Assembly (NCBI GenBank): GCA_963747085.1
Contig: CAVVDX010000002.1
Location: 1,756,655 to 1,820,654, forward strand
Direction of reading: 5' to 3'
DNA from: an uncultured Actinomycetota bacterium
GTDB lineage: Bacteria; Actinomycetota; Acidimicrobiia; Acidimicrobiales; Bog-793
DNA: 64,000 bases
Numbering within the stretch: the first letter of the stretch is position 1; every line of letters begins with the position of its first letter. The notes beneath the pieces were generated by a model. The model saw only the letters and a program-made list of their open reading frames with translations, searched no databases and was not told where the DNA came from. Shown here in pieces: positions 1 through 9,720 of this stretch. The position numbers were made by a program, and so were the translations under genes.

Positions 1-125
1 GCGACGATCCGGGCGTTGTCGTCGGCCAGCTCGGCAAGGACATCCCCGGCGACGAAGTGCGCTCCTTTGTCGCGACCGACGTGGTCGAAGGACCCGGCAT
101 CGCGGAGGTCGGCGCGCTGTCTCAT
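1..125 (-). CDS. transketolase C-terminal subunit, 5-prime end only (gene runs off the left edge)
   Basis: ATG at 123-125 overlaps the TGA (122-124) of the upstream transketolase N-terminal subunit. The translation MRQRADLRDAGSFDHVGRDKGAHFVAGDVLAELADDNARIV resembles the start of split-transketolase C-terminal subunits. Only about 41 codons are visible. Confidence 0.55.
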   Translation of the reverse strand, partial: MRQRADLRDAGSFDHVGRDKGAHFVAGDVLAELADDNARIV

Positions 126-979
126 GGTCGGTCCCTCGACGAGCTGAAGAGCGCCTTGATGTCGGCCTCGGCGCGGGCGCGGTCCTCGCCGGCGAGGTAG
201 CCGACATGCCACTCGGCCATCCCCTCGATGAACGAGATCCCGCGACCGGCCACCGTGTCGGCCAGCAGCACGCAGGGGCGCTCCCCCACCGAGCCGTACT
301 CGTCGATCTCGTCGAGGGCGGCGAGGATCGCGGCCACGTCGTGCCCGTCCACCCGCCACGAGCGCCAGCCGAATGCCTCCCACTTCTCACCGAGCGGCTC
401 GAGTCCGAGGATCTCCTTCGTCGCCCCGTCGACGCACACGCCGTTCACGTCGACGATGGCGATGAGGCGAGAGAGCCGCCGATGGGCTGCATAGGCGGCC
501 GCCTCCCACACCTGGCCCTCGTCGAGCTCGCCGTCGCCGAGCATCACGACGACGCGACTGTGGTGACCCTGCAAGCGCAACGCTTCGGCCATCCCGACAC
601 CGACGGAGAGCCCGTGACCGAGCGAACCGGACGAGAAATCGATCCCGGGCACCTTCTTCATGTCCGGGTGGTCACCGAGCGTCGTGCCGAGCCGGGTGAA
701 CGTCGACAGCTCCGAGCGCGGGAAGTACCCGAGATCGGCGAGGACCGGGTAGAGCGCCGAGCATGCGTGGCCCTTGCTCATCACGAAGCGGTCTCGCTCG
801 GCCCAACGCGGCTCCTCCGGCCGGATGCGCAGGAACCCGTAGTAGAGGGCCACGAGGAGCTCCACGATGGAGAACGCCGGCCCGAAGTGGCCGCTGCCGG
901 CGACGTCGACCTCGTCCAGCACGGCTAGGCGCACGTCGATGCATCGTTGCTCGAGCGCGTCGACCGGCTCGCGCGTCAT
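122..979 (-). CDS. transketolase N-terminal (TPP-binding) subunit
   Basis: 286 aa from the ATG at 977-979. I discount the Arg/Ser-rich N-terminal extension of the 374-aa track ORF. Motifs GSGHFGPAFSIVELLVALYY, SKGHACSALYPVLADLGY, GSLGHGLSVGVGMA and MLGDGELDEGQVWEAA. Confidence 0.9.
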   Translation of the reverse strand: MTREPVDALEQRCIDVRLAVLDEVDVAGSGHFGPAFSIVELLVALYYGFLRIRPEEPRWAERDRFVMSKGHACSALYPVLADLGYFPRSELSTFTRLGTTLGDHPDMKKVPGIDFSSGSLGHGLSVGVGMAEALRLQGHHSRVVVMLGDGELDEGQVWEAAAYAAHRRLSRLIAIVDVNGVCVDGATKEILGLEPLGEKWEAFGWRSWRVDGHDVAAILAALDEIDEYGSVGERPCVLLADTVAGRGISFIEGMAEWHVGYLAGEDRARAEADIKALFSSSRDRP

Positions 980-1055
980 GTCCTCCCCCTTCGACGGGCA
1001 CCACCCAGCGGCCCACCTGTAGTATGGCTTGCCATCATTCGGCCTGCAAGGGTTA

Positions 1056-1883
1056 CTACCACCCCGCGACGACCGGGTTGGCGAGCACTCCGATCGCCTC
1101 GACCTCGACCTCGACCGTGTCGCCCGGCGCGAGGAAGCGAGGCGGTCGCATGAAGCAGCCCACACCGGCCGGCGTGCCGGTCGTGACCACGTCGCCGGGC
1201 TCGAGGGTGATGTGTCGAGACGCTGCGGCGAGCAGCTCGGCGACACTGAACACCATGTTCGCCGTCGATTCTGCCTGGCGCTGCTCGCCGTTGACCCGCG
1301 AGCGCACGGTGAGCGCCTGCGGGTCGGGCACCTCGTCAGCGGTCAGCACCGCCGGGCCGAGCGGGCAGAACGTGTCGAGACCCTTGCCGAGTGTGATCTG
1401 GTTGTCGACGAATTGGATGTCGCGACCGCTGACATCATTCGCGACCGTGTAGCCGAACACCGCCGATAGGGCCGACTCGGGCGTGAGGTCCTTGCTGCAC
1501 CGGCCGATGATGACCGCGAGCTCGACCTCGTAGTCGACCTGGCTCGAGCGTTCGGGGACGACGATCGCCTCGCCGGGACCGATCACCGCGGTCGGCAGCT
1601 TGGAGAAGAAGAACGGACGGGACGGGATCACCGCGTCGGGATTCTCGCTCTTGTGGCTGTGGTAGTTGACCCCGGCGCAGAGCACCTTGCCCGGCCGCGC
1701 GATCGGCGCGAGCAGGCGGTAGCCGCCCTTTGCAAGGTTGCGCCCGATCCGGACACCGGAGGCGGGCAGTCCCGACTCGATGACCGAGCGCAGGTCGCCC
1801 GCTCCGAGATCGTCGAGCGACCCGTCCTCGTTGAGCCGAGCGAGCGAGGGCCCGTCGCCGGCGTCGTAGCGCACGAGCTTCAC
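1056..1883 (-). CDS. fumarylacetoacetate hydrolase (FAH) family protein
   Basis: GTG at 1881-1883 sits in a GTGA overlap with the upstream stop. 275 aa. Motifs VLCAGVNYHSH, DYEVELAVIIG and GDVVTTGTPAGVG. Confidence 0.9.
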   Translation of the reverse strand: MKLVRYDAGDGPSLARLNEDGSLDDLGAGDLRSVIESGLPASGVRIGRNLAKGGYRLLAPIARPGKVLCAGVNYHSHKSENPDAVIPSRPFFFSKLPTAVIGPGEAIVVPERSSQVDYEVELAVIIGRCSKDLTPESALSAVFGYTVANDVSGRDIQFVDNQITLGKGLDTFCPLGPAVLTADEVPDPQALTVRSRVNGEQRQAESTANMVFSVAELLAAASRHITLEPGDVVTTGTPAGVGCFMRPPRFLAPGDTVEVEVEAIGVLANPVVAGW

Positions 1884-2659
1884 AGCTGCACCTCGTAGCT
1901 GCGGGGGCCGTCTACGACGAGCGACTGTCCCGGGCGAAGGGCGACCGCCTTCCGTCGGCCCGTGGAGTCGTTCTCGCCGACCAGCTTGAGGAAGCTCTGC
2001 ACATCGGCGTGGTCCGGATCCTCGTAGTGGCACGCCACAGCCATCTCGAGACCGAGCAGCTCCGCGGCGAGCGCCGCCGACGACGGTGACATCTCACCGG
2101 TGACGACGCGCCCAGCGCCTGGCGCGACGAGCGACCAGGGTTGGGTGCAACCGAGCAGCCCGACCGTCGGGCGGTAGATCCGGCCGATCAGGGCGAGATC
2201 CCCGAAGATGGCGGTGTCGCCGAAGTGGTACACGACGCAGTCCTCGTCCACCGGCACCACGAATCCCATCGGGGTCCCCGTCACCCAGGAGCCGTCCTGC
2301 AGCTTCGCCTGCGACCAGTGGTGACACTCGACGGGCTGAACGAGGAACCCGCCGACCTCGACCTCGATGCCCCACACCGTGACTCGGAGCTGCGAGCGAG
2401 GCACGCCCTGCTCCCCGAGCACCTCGGCGGTGTCGTTGCCGCAGACGATCGGCGCGCCGGTGCGCAGCGCCACGGCAGCCGCGTCTTGCATGTGATCAAA
2501 CGCGGCGTGGGAGACGACGATGACGTCCGGCGCCTCGAGGTCGTCGGGGCCGCAGGGCGCGACGGGATTGCCGGTGAGGAACGGGTCGAAGAGCACCCGC
2601 CCACGGGCGCTCACGGCCTCGAAGCAGGCCACCCCGTAGAAGTTGAGACGTGCGGTCAT
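1880..2659 (-). CDS. MBL-fold metal-dependent hydrolase (UPF0173-like)
   Basis: 259-aa intact ORF. VVSHAAFDHMQD metal-site-like motif. ATGA overlap with the upstream gene at 2656-2659. Confidence 0.8.
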   Translation of the reverse strand: MTARLNFYGVACFEAVSARGRVLFDPFLTGNPVAPCGPDDLEAPDVIVVSHAAFDHMQDAAAVALRTGAPIVCGNDTAEVLGEQGVPRSQLRVTVWGIEVEVGGFLVQPVECHHWSQAKLQDGSWVTGTPMGFVVPVDEDCVVYHFGDTAIFGDLALIGRIYRPTVGLLGCTQPWSLVAPGAGRVVTGEMSPSSAALAAELLGLEMAVACHYEDPDHADVQSFLKLVGENDSTGRRKAVALRPGQSLVVDGPRSYEVQL

Positions 2660-3579
2660 CGCTGCCAGCTCCTTTCCAGACCGTGCACCAGTTGCACCAT
2701 CGCCCGGTTGAGCGGCACCGGGACAGCGAGCTCTCCAGCCTCGTCGACGATCGCGCCACAGATCGTCTCGATCTCGGTCTTGCGCTCGGCTTCGACGTCC
2801 TGCAGCATCGACGGTTTGCCGGCACCCGCACCGGCGAGCACCGCGTGGATTCGCTCGACACGCTCGTCGAGGCGGACGGGGATGCCCAGCGCCACCGCCA
2901 CCGCGACGGCTTCGGCCGCCAGGCCATCGACGAGCTCGAGCTGCTCCTCGCCGGCGGCGAGCTCCCCGGCGCGAAGGCGGGTCAGCGCGGCGACCGGCAG
3001 GGTGGCGACGTTGAGCACGAGCTTGTTCCAGATCTCCGTGCGAACGTCGCCGCGTGCGCTCGTCTCGATACCGGCGCGCTCGAGCAAGCCGGCGACCTCC
3101 TCGGCGCGGATGAGGTCGTCTCCGGGCTGGTATGGCCCGACGAAGGTGGGGCCGCTGCCGGAGTGCAGCACGGAACCCGGCTCGCGCACCGTGCAGCTGT
3201 GGTAGGTCACTCCCGTCACGAGTCGGCGCGGCTCGACGTGGCGAGCGAGCACCGAGGCGTTCCCCCAGCCGTTCTGGAGGGACACCACCGTGGCCTCAGC
3301 CGGCGCGTGCTTGCCGACAGCCTCGGCGACAGAAGCCGTGTGCTGCGCCTTCACGAACACGAAGACGACCTCGGCGTGGGCGAGCACCCCCGGATCCGTC
3401 GTCGCGCGCAGCTCTGTGCGGGTGGCTTCACCCCCCTCGACGAGCTCGACACCGCGCGCCTCGAGGGCCGCCACGACCGGCTCCGACGCGTCCAGCGCAG
3501 AGACCTCGTTGCCTGCCCGCGCCAGGCGCGCGGCGAACATCGCCCCCATCGCGCCCGCACCTACGACCGTGCACCTCAC
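2656..3579 (-). CDS. 2-dehydropantoate 2-reductase family (PanE/ApbA-like) oxidoreductase
   Basis: GTG at 3577-3579 is preceded by GGGGAGG. Rossmann motif VVGAGAMGAMFAARLARAG. Also NGWGN and KPSMLQDVEAERKTEIE. Confidence 0.85.
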   Translation of the reverse strand: MRCTVVGAGAMGAMFAARLARAGNEVSALDASEPVVAALEARGVELVEGGEATRTELRATTDPGVLAHAEVVFVFVKAQHTASVAEAVGKHAPAEATVVSLQNGWGNASVLARHVEPRRLVTGVTYHSCTVREPGSVLHSGSGPTFVGPYQPGDDLIRAEEVAGLLERAGIETSARGDVRTEIWNKLVLNVATLPVAALTRLRAGELAAGEEQLELVDGLAAEAVAVAVALGIPVRLDERVERIHAVLAGAGAGKPSMLQDVEAERKTEIETICGAIVDEAGELAVPVPLNRAMVQLVHGLERSWQR

Positions 3580-3676
3580 CCGATACCTCCCCGCCCGAAG
3601 CCGCGACACGCGGCTTGCACCGTCACGCTCCACACCACCCGCCGTTGAGAAATCGGCCGGCTCCCGCTACACAGGC

Positions 3677-4705
3677 TCAATCGCCCGGAAAGCCGCGGCT
3701 GCGCGCCGGCGCGACAAGCACCTTCATCGCCTCGGCTGGGGAATCGCTGAGCAGCGCGATCGCTTCGGGCGCAGACTCGAGGTCGAAGCGATGGCTGACC
3801 AGGCGTCGCAGCCGGTCGCGCTGGCGGTCGGCGAGCTCGACCGCGGCTGCAAAGCGGCCGGAATTATTGCGTGATCCGAGCAGGTTCAGCTCCTTGCGGG
3901 TGAACGTGATCACCGGGATGGACACCTCGTGCTCGGAGAGCCCGACGACGACGACGGTCCCCGACGGCGCCACGAGGTCGACGGCGAGGCGCACCAACGC
4001 CGGAACCCCTGTGGCTTCGATCACCACGGCAGGGCCGTCACCATCGGTGAAACGAGCGACGGCGGACGCGACGTCCTCGGAGCCCGGGTCCACCACAGCC
4101 TGCATCCCAAGGTCGGCGGCGACGCGCAGTCGCGAGTCGAGGCGCTCGACGACGAGGACCTCGGCATCGACGTCGAGCGCGGCGATGGCGATGCACAGCC
4201 CGATCGGGCCGCCACCGAGCACCACGACGCGGTCGCCGGCGCTCGCGCCCGAGCGCGCCAAGGCCTGCAACGCGATCGACGTCGGCTCGACGAGAGCGGC
4301 GAGCTCGCCGTCGAGACGGGGTGCGGGAAAGCAGAGCTCCACCGGCACGGCGATCCGCTCGGCAAGGGCACCGCCTCGGTGCACGCCGAATGTCTGCATC
4401 CGTACGCAGCAGTTACGACTGCCACGGCGGCACGGGAAGCAGGTCCCGCACGTGACGAGCGGCTCGACCGCGACGAGGTCGCCGACGTGCAGCTCGCCGC
4501 GGTAGCGCTCCGGCAGTTGCTCGACCACACCGGAGAACTCGTGACCCTGCACCCGTGGGTAGCTCGCATAGGGATGGTGGCCGCCGAAGAAGTGGACGTC
4601 GGATCCACAGAGACCGACGGTGTCGACGCGCAGGATCGCCTGCTCGGGCTCGGCTTGGGGCTCCTCGACGTCGACCACCTTCATCTCGCGCGGTTGCACG
4701 GTCAC
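3677..4705 (-). CDS. zinc-dependent alcohol/polyol dehydrogenase (MDR family)
   Basis: GTG at 4703-4705 sits in a GTGA overlap. Motifs GLCGSDVH and GHEFSGVV, the Cys cluster CGTCFPCRRG and VLGGGPIGL. Confidence 0.9.
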   Translation of the reverse strand: MTVQPREMKVVDVEEPQAEPEQAILRVDTVGLCGSDVHFFGGHHPYASYPRVQGHEFSGVVEQLPERYRGELHVGDLVAVEPLVTCGTCFPCRRGSRNCCVRMQTFGVHRGGALAERIAVPVELCFPAPRLDGELAALVEPTSIALQALARSGASAGDRVVVLGGGPIGLCIAIAALDVDAEVLVVERLDSRLRVAADLGMQAVVDPGSEDVASAVARFTDGDGPAVVIEATGVPALVRLAVDLVAPSGTVVVVGLSEHEVSIPVITFTRKELNLLGSRNNSGRFAAAVELADRQRDRLRRLVSHRFDLESAPEAIALLSDSPAEAMKVLVAPARSRGFPGD

Positions 4706-5577
4706 CGCAGCACGCACGCCGTCACCTCCTGCGCGACGAGTCGCTCGGACCAGCCGAGCAGCGCCAGCTTGTCGAGCACGACCGCCCGCAACGCCGCGGC
4801 GAGGCCCTCGAGCGCACCGAGGACGTCGAGCGACGCCTCGTGCTCGACGAGGCGGGCGGCGAGCTCGGAGAACCACACCGCTCGCAGGTCGGCGTTGAAA
4901 TTCACCTTGCGCACACCGGCGGCTACCCCCGCACGCACCTGCTCGGCCGGGATGCCCGATCCGCCGTGCAAGGAGAGCGGCACCTCGACGACAGCGGCCA
5001 GCCGTTCGATCAGCGCCAGGTCGAGCCTGGGTGCTTCACGGTACGGGCCGTGCGCGTTGCCGACGGCGACAGCGAGGCACGCCACGTTCGACCGAGCTGC
5101 GAACTCGGCCGCTTCCCCGGGATCGGTGAAGGCGGAGGCGCCCTGCTCGCCGGCCACGTCCTCGTCGCCGCGCAGCCGTCCGAGCTCGCCCTCGACGTCG
5201 ACGCCGCGCCAGACGTCGACCGCGGCGACGGTGGCAGCGAGGTTCTCGGCGAAGGAGCGCGACGACGCGTCGAACATCACCGCGCCCGCCCCGTCGAGGG
5301 CACGCGGCGAGACCGACTGCACGTCGGCGACGTGGTCGAGCTGCACGCAGCAGGCAGCCGTGGCGTGCGCGGCCAGCGCGCCAAGCCCGGCGACGAGAGC
5401 CTCTCCGTCGGGCCGCTCGAGCGAGCGGGCGGACACGAGCAGCACGACCGGCGCTCCCGCCTGCTCGGCAGCCGACACGACGGCCGACCCCGTGACGAGG
5501 TCGTAGCACGTGAACGCGCCCACGGCTCCGCCACGGAGACGCGCCGACGCGAGCAACGGACGAAGGTCGCTGATCAC
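4702..5577 (-). CDS. class II fructose/tagatose-bisphosphate aldolase family protein
   Basis: GTG at 5575-5577 sits in a GTGA overlap. 291 aa. Motifs VQLDHV, VAVGNAHG and SLHGGSG. Confidence 0.85.
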   Translation of the reverse strand: MISDLRPLLASARLRGGAVGAFTCYDLVTGSAVVSAAEQAGAPVVLLVSARSLERPDGEALVAGLGALAAHATAACCVQLDHVADVQSVSPRALDGAGAVMFDASSRSFAENLAATVAAVDVWRGVDVEGELGRLRGDEDVAGEQGASAFTDPGEAAEFAARSNVACLAVAVGNAHGPYREAPRLDLALIERLAAVVEVPLSLHGGSGIPAEQVRAGVAAGVRKVNFNADLRAVWFSELAARLVEHEASLDVLGALEGLAAALRAVVLDKLALLGWSERLVAQEVTACVLR

Positions 5578-7071
5578 GGTTGCAGTGCCATGTGGTCGAC
5601 GAGATCGCCAAGAGTGGACGCGTCGCCGACGTTGCCGGCGAAGACCACGAGATCGGTGACGTGAGCCGGCGGGGCCGACCTGTCGGCGCCGGCCGTGCCC
5701 GCGACCGGAGCACCAACCGACGTGGCGCCGCTGCCAGCCGCGCCACCGTTTGCTCTCGGACCGGCGTCCACGCCTGGCGCACGAACGGTCCGATCCCACG
5801 GTCCCTCACCCGGGGCGCTCACCGACTCCGTCCTGTCGCCCGATGGCACCTGCCACCACGACAGCCCGCGCCGTGGCGGTCCGACGACCCAGGCCGACGC
5901 CCAGTGCAGGCCATGGCGGGCGAGCACTGCCGAGGTGACTCCGCCCTTGCCGACCAGGACGTCGACAGGTCCGTCCAGCTCGTCGAGCACCCCGGCGAGT
6001 CCACGGGCGACCCGCTCGCCCAATCCGTCGGCGACCAAGCTTGCCGACGGCGCGATCCGCGGCGTCGCCACCACGGCGACGGGAGCTCCCTCGAAGCGCG
6101 ACTCGACCTCGGACGCGAGCCGGCGTCCCTCGCGCACCGGATCCTCGAGGAGTCGTGCGACGTCGGTCTCGACGAGGGAGCCGGGGTGCCGTTCCTCGAG
6201 CTCGGCCAGCTGGAGCGTCGTGAGGGGCACGTAGGAACCGGCGACGACGAGGATCCGGCGCTTCCCGGTTGTTGGGGCCACGAACGAGCGAGCTCGCCGG
6301 CCGGCGAGCACCGCAGCGAGCGGTGGTGCGGTGCGCGCCACCACGTCGAGCCCGTCCGCCCAGGCCAGCCCGAGGCCGAGCGCGGCGATCTCGAGATCCT
6401 CCTCATCGGTCGCGTCCACCGACACGGCCGCCGGCGGGACGATTTGTGCGAGCCGCGTCCCGCACCACTTCGGGGCCAAGGCGGCGAAGATCGCCGAGCA
6501 CGACGCGTCGGCCCGCTGCGGCCCTGAGCAGCCCGCCTGTGCGCTCCTCGGCCCAGTCGAGCACGTCGGCGGAGCTGTAGGCGAAATCGGGATCACGGGC
6601 GTACTCGGTCGCCTCGAGTGGTTCACGCTCGCCGCCGCGCGCCAGGTAGTGATGGCCGTCCAGCGTGATCCGTCCGGCCTCGGGCATCGCCGGAACGAAC
6701 AGGGCGGGGAGCGGCCGCGACCCGGCGAGGCCGAGGTACTCGGGTCGGACGTGGCCCCGCAGCGTCGAGTCGCCGCGCAGCACGAAGCGAGCCCGGGGCC
6801 AGCGCCGGCGTGCGACGAGCGAGACACCCGCGACGAGCTGCTCGGCTCGCTCCGGCGAAAGGGCGCGGCTGTTGGTCAGCACGTACACGGGTCCGGGGGG
6901 GTGTGATGCGAAGTACGCGTCGAGCGCCCGCTCGTCGAGGTCGAGCAAGACCAGGACGCCCGCCGCAGACTGCGTCCCCGTCGGATCGTCGTCGAGGACC
7001 ACGAGACCTCCGGCACTCGCCGCCGGGGCGCATCCAACACCCGGGTCGGCAGCCGGCGATCCACTCGACAT
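5574..7071 (-). pseudogene. four-carbon acid sugar kinase (DUF1537 family), one +1 frame switch near 6428
   Basis: The N-terminal half (LVVLDDDPTGTQS ... RGDSTLRGH) lies in the frame of track ORF 6403..8109. The C-terminal half (VSVDATDEEDLEIAALGL ... VGKGGVTS ... VVFAGNVGD) lies in the frame of ORF 5574..6827. The span is 1498 nt, which is 3n+1. ATG at 7069-7071. Confidence 0.8.
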
Positions 7072-7280
7072 CACACCCCCACTCGCGTCCCGGATCGGCG
7101 GGTCAGAGGACAGTCCCCCAAGAACCTGCGAACAGCCATCCGCCGCAGTCCGCGTGCGAGGTGGCGAAGCAACCCCCTCCGGCGGGTCACTGGTCTGACA
7201 GCATGCCAACCTAGTGGTTCGGATGCTGCCACGCAAGTGGCCCGCGGTCGTCTCGTCCGACCGGGAACCAACCCCGACGA

Positions 7281-8070
7281 TCAGAGGATCGTCTGGCCAC
7301 CGTCGACGACGTACGTTGCCCCGGTCACGTACGACGCCAGGTCCGAAGCGAGGAAGACCGCCACTGCGGCAACCTCGGCCGGCCGGCCGGGACGCCCGAG
7401 CGGAACGCGCTCGAGCAGACGCCTGCTCGCCTCGTCGTCGCGCATGATGGTCTCGACCAGCGGCGTGTCCGTGAACCCCGGGACCAAGGCGTTCACACGC
7501 ACGTTGCGCGCGGCGTAATCCGCCGCCATGACGCGCGACCAAGCCGAATGAGCCGGCCTTGCTCGTCGAGTACGCGTGAAAGCGCGAGGCGCTGCCACGA
7601 AGTCCGGTCGGCGATCCGGTGCAGATGACCGACCCGCCACCGGTGGCGAGCAACGCGCGTACGCCGTGCTTGCAGGTCAGGAACATGCCAGTGAGGTTGA
7701 CATCGACGGTGCGACGCCACACCGTGAGCTCGAGCTCGTCGACGGGCGCGTCCTGCCCGAAGAGCTGGATGCCGGCGTTGGCGACAAGGACGTCGAGGCC
7801 GCCCCAACGTCGTGCGGCCTCATCGACAGCAGCGGCGATCTGTTCTTCGTCGGACACGTCGGCGACGGCTGCGCTCCAGCGCGCCCCCGACGCGCCGAGC
7901 TCGGCTCCCGCTCGCTCGAGGCGCTTCTGGTCGACGTCGACCAGCGTGACCGCGGCCCCCGCCTCGGCGCAGGCGCGCGCGATCGCCTCGCCGATTCCGG
8001 AGCCGGCGCCCGTGACGAGGGCTCGTTTGCCGTCCAAGAGTCCGCTCACTGCGCTCTGCGCTTCAGCCAC
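7281..8070 (-). pseudogene. short-chain dehydrogenase/reductase (SDR), one +1 frame switch near 7553
   Basis: The N-terminal part has LVTGAGSGIGEA, NAGI and YSTSKAG. The text continues in the +1 frame as SRVMAADYAARNVRVNALVPG ... YVTGATYVVDGGQTIL. Removing one g restores SKAGSFGLSRVMA. The span is 790 nt, which is 3n+1. Confidence 0.85.
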
Positions 8071-8315
8071 GGTTGCCCCCCGCAAGCTGCCCTTCCACCG
8101 GCCAGGCACTCGCCAACGTCGCCCGCTCGCCAGTCAGGCGGCACCGATGTGGAGGCCACCGCGGACTGGTCCGACGGCATACCGTAACAGGCATGCAGTC
8201 AACCTGCAGGCCAGGAGAGGCGGAGTCGCGGCCGCTCGCGGCGCTGCGGATACGCTGACGGCGCGCGTCGGGCCGCGCGCCACTGCCCCGGTGCCCGGAC
8301 GAACGAGAAGGAACC

Positions 8316-9072
8316 ATGCAGGCTGAGGACATTGCACCCTCCCGGACCCGGACTCCGGAGGCGTTCCCCCGCGTGGAGCGGGAGGACGTGCTCTCCGACC
8401 GCGTCGCGAGCATGCTCCTCGAACGTGTCCTGCTCGGCGAGATCCTGCCTGGCGAGGAGCTCCCGAGCGAACGCGAGCTCTCCGAGCAGCTCGGGGTGTC
8501 ACGCACCGTCGTCCGCGAGGCGATCCGCTCGCTCGCCGGCCGAGGCGTCATCGACGCGCGCAGCGGTCGTAAGGCGCGCATCGGCCTCGTCGGACGAGAC
8601 CACGTCGTCCAGACGATGCGGCTGTTCTTGCGTGGCCAACGCCAGACACCTGGTCAGCTGCCCTACGAGAAGATCCACGAGGTGCGCCGGATGCTCGAGC
8701 TCACGATGGTCGAGCTCGCAGCCAAGCGCGCCCAGCCAGCCGACCGCCAGCGTCTTCGGCAGGCCTTCGAGGCGATGCGTAAGGCGAAGGACGATCTCGC
8801 CGTGCTGCCGACCCTCGACGTGGAGTTCCATCGCGTCATCGCCGAGATGACGGGCAACGAGTTGTTCCTCATCTTGCTCGACTCGATCGGGGACGTGATG
8901 ACCGAGATTCGCGAACAGACTCTCGGGTTGCCGGGCAGGCCGGCGTCGGCCCTCGGGTACCACGGTGCGATCCTCGAGGCCATCGAGTCGCGCAATCCTC
9001 GCGCTCGCGCGCAAGGCGATGGAGGAACACCTGCGCGAGTCCGCGAGCGTGTGGGGCAACCACTCGGACTGA
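8316..9072 (+). pseudogene. GntR/FadR-family transcriptional regulator, one +1 frame switch near 9000
   Basis: ATG is preceded by GAAGGA. The HTH is LPSERELSEQLGVSRTVVREAIRSL and an FCD-like domain follows. The expected C-terminus ALARKAMEEHLRESASVWGNHSD-stop is read in the +1 frame after SRNP. The gene is divergent from the SDR operon. Confidence 0.85.
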
Positions 9073-9686
9073 GCATCGCGCTCGCTTGGCCCGCCGGCCT
9101 CCGACGGCGGCTCGCTGATCACGAGCTACAGCGCCAACTCCTCGCCGGGCGGGATCAGCGGCAGCTGCGACTCCAGCCCGTGCGTCGTGCCCGGGCTCGA
9201 GGATGGCGTGCCGTACAACTTCACCGTCACCGCGACGAACTCGGCCGGGAAGGGCCCGGCGTCCTCGCCGTCGAACGCGGTCAACCCGAGCGCGAGCCCG
9301 AGCCCCGTCTTCAGGCCGAGCCCGACATCCCCGCCGTTCCTGGTCGTGCGCGCTGCCACCGCGGTCGTCGGGCGGTCTGTCAGGGCATCGAGGCGAGCAT
9401 CCGCCTGAGCGTGTACTGCGAGGGCGCGACGTCCTGCCAGGGGACGGCCGAGCTGACGGTGGCGCGCCGCAGCGGTCGCGGCCACGACGCCGCACACACG
9501 CACCTGGTGCTCGCCGAAGGGTTGGTGTCCCTCCCAGCCGGGTCGGCGGGCACGATCGTGCTGCGCATCACCCGGTCGGGTCAGGCCATCCTCGGACGGC
9601 GCGCCCACTACAGCGGCTTCCGGGTCACCTTGCGAGTCGACCTCGACGGCCAGCAAGCCGTCGTCTCGATCCGGCTGTCGCGCTAG
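9073..9686 (+). pseudogene. 5-prime-truncated remnant of an FN3-domain secreted protein
   Basis: Immediately after the GntR stop the frame reads GPPASDGGSLITSYSANSSPGG...PGLEDGVPYNFTVTATNSAGKGPASSPSNAV, which is FN3-like. There is no start codon and no signal peptide. The tail LSVYCEGATSCQGTAELTV...VVSIRLSR-stop lies in another frame. Confidence 0.5.
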
Positions 9687-9720
9687 CGGCGCCCCGCCGG
9701 CGCGGCGCCGGACGGGACGC

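Noticed and set aside
6403-8109. 568-aa ORF read as one protein
   Set aside because: It is a read-through chimera of the SDR N-terminus, out-of-frame SDR C-terminus, the 209-bp intergenic gap and the N-terminal half of the DUF1537 kinase. I split it into two frameshifted genes.
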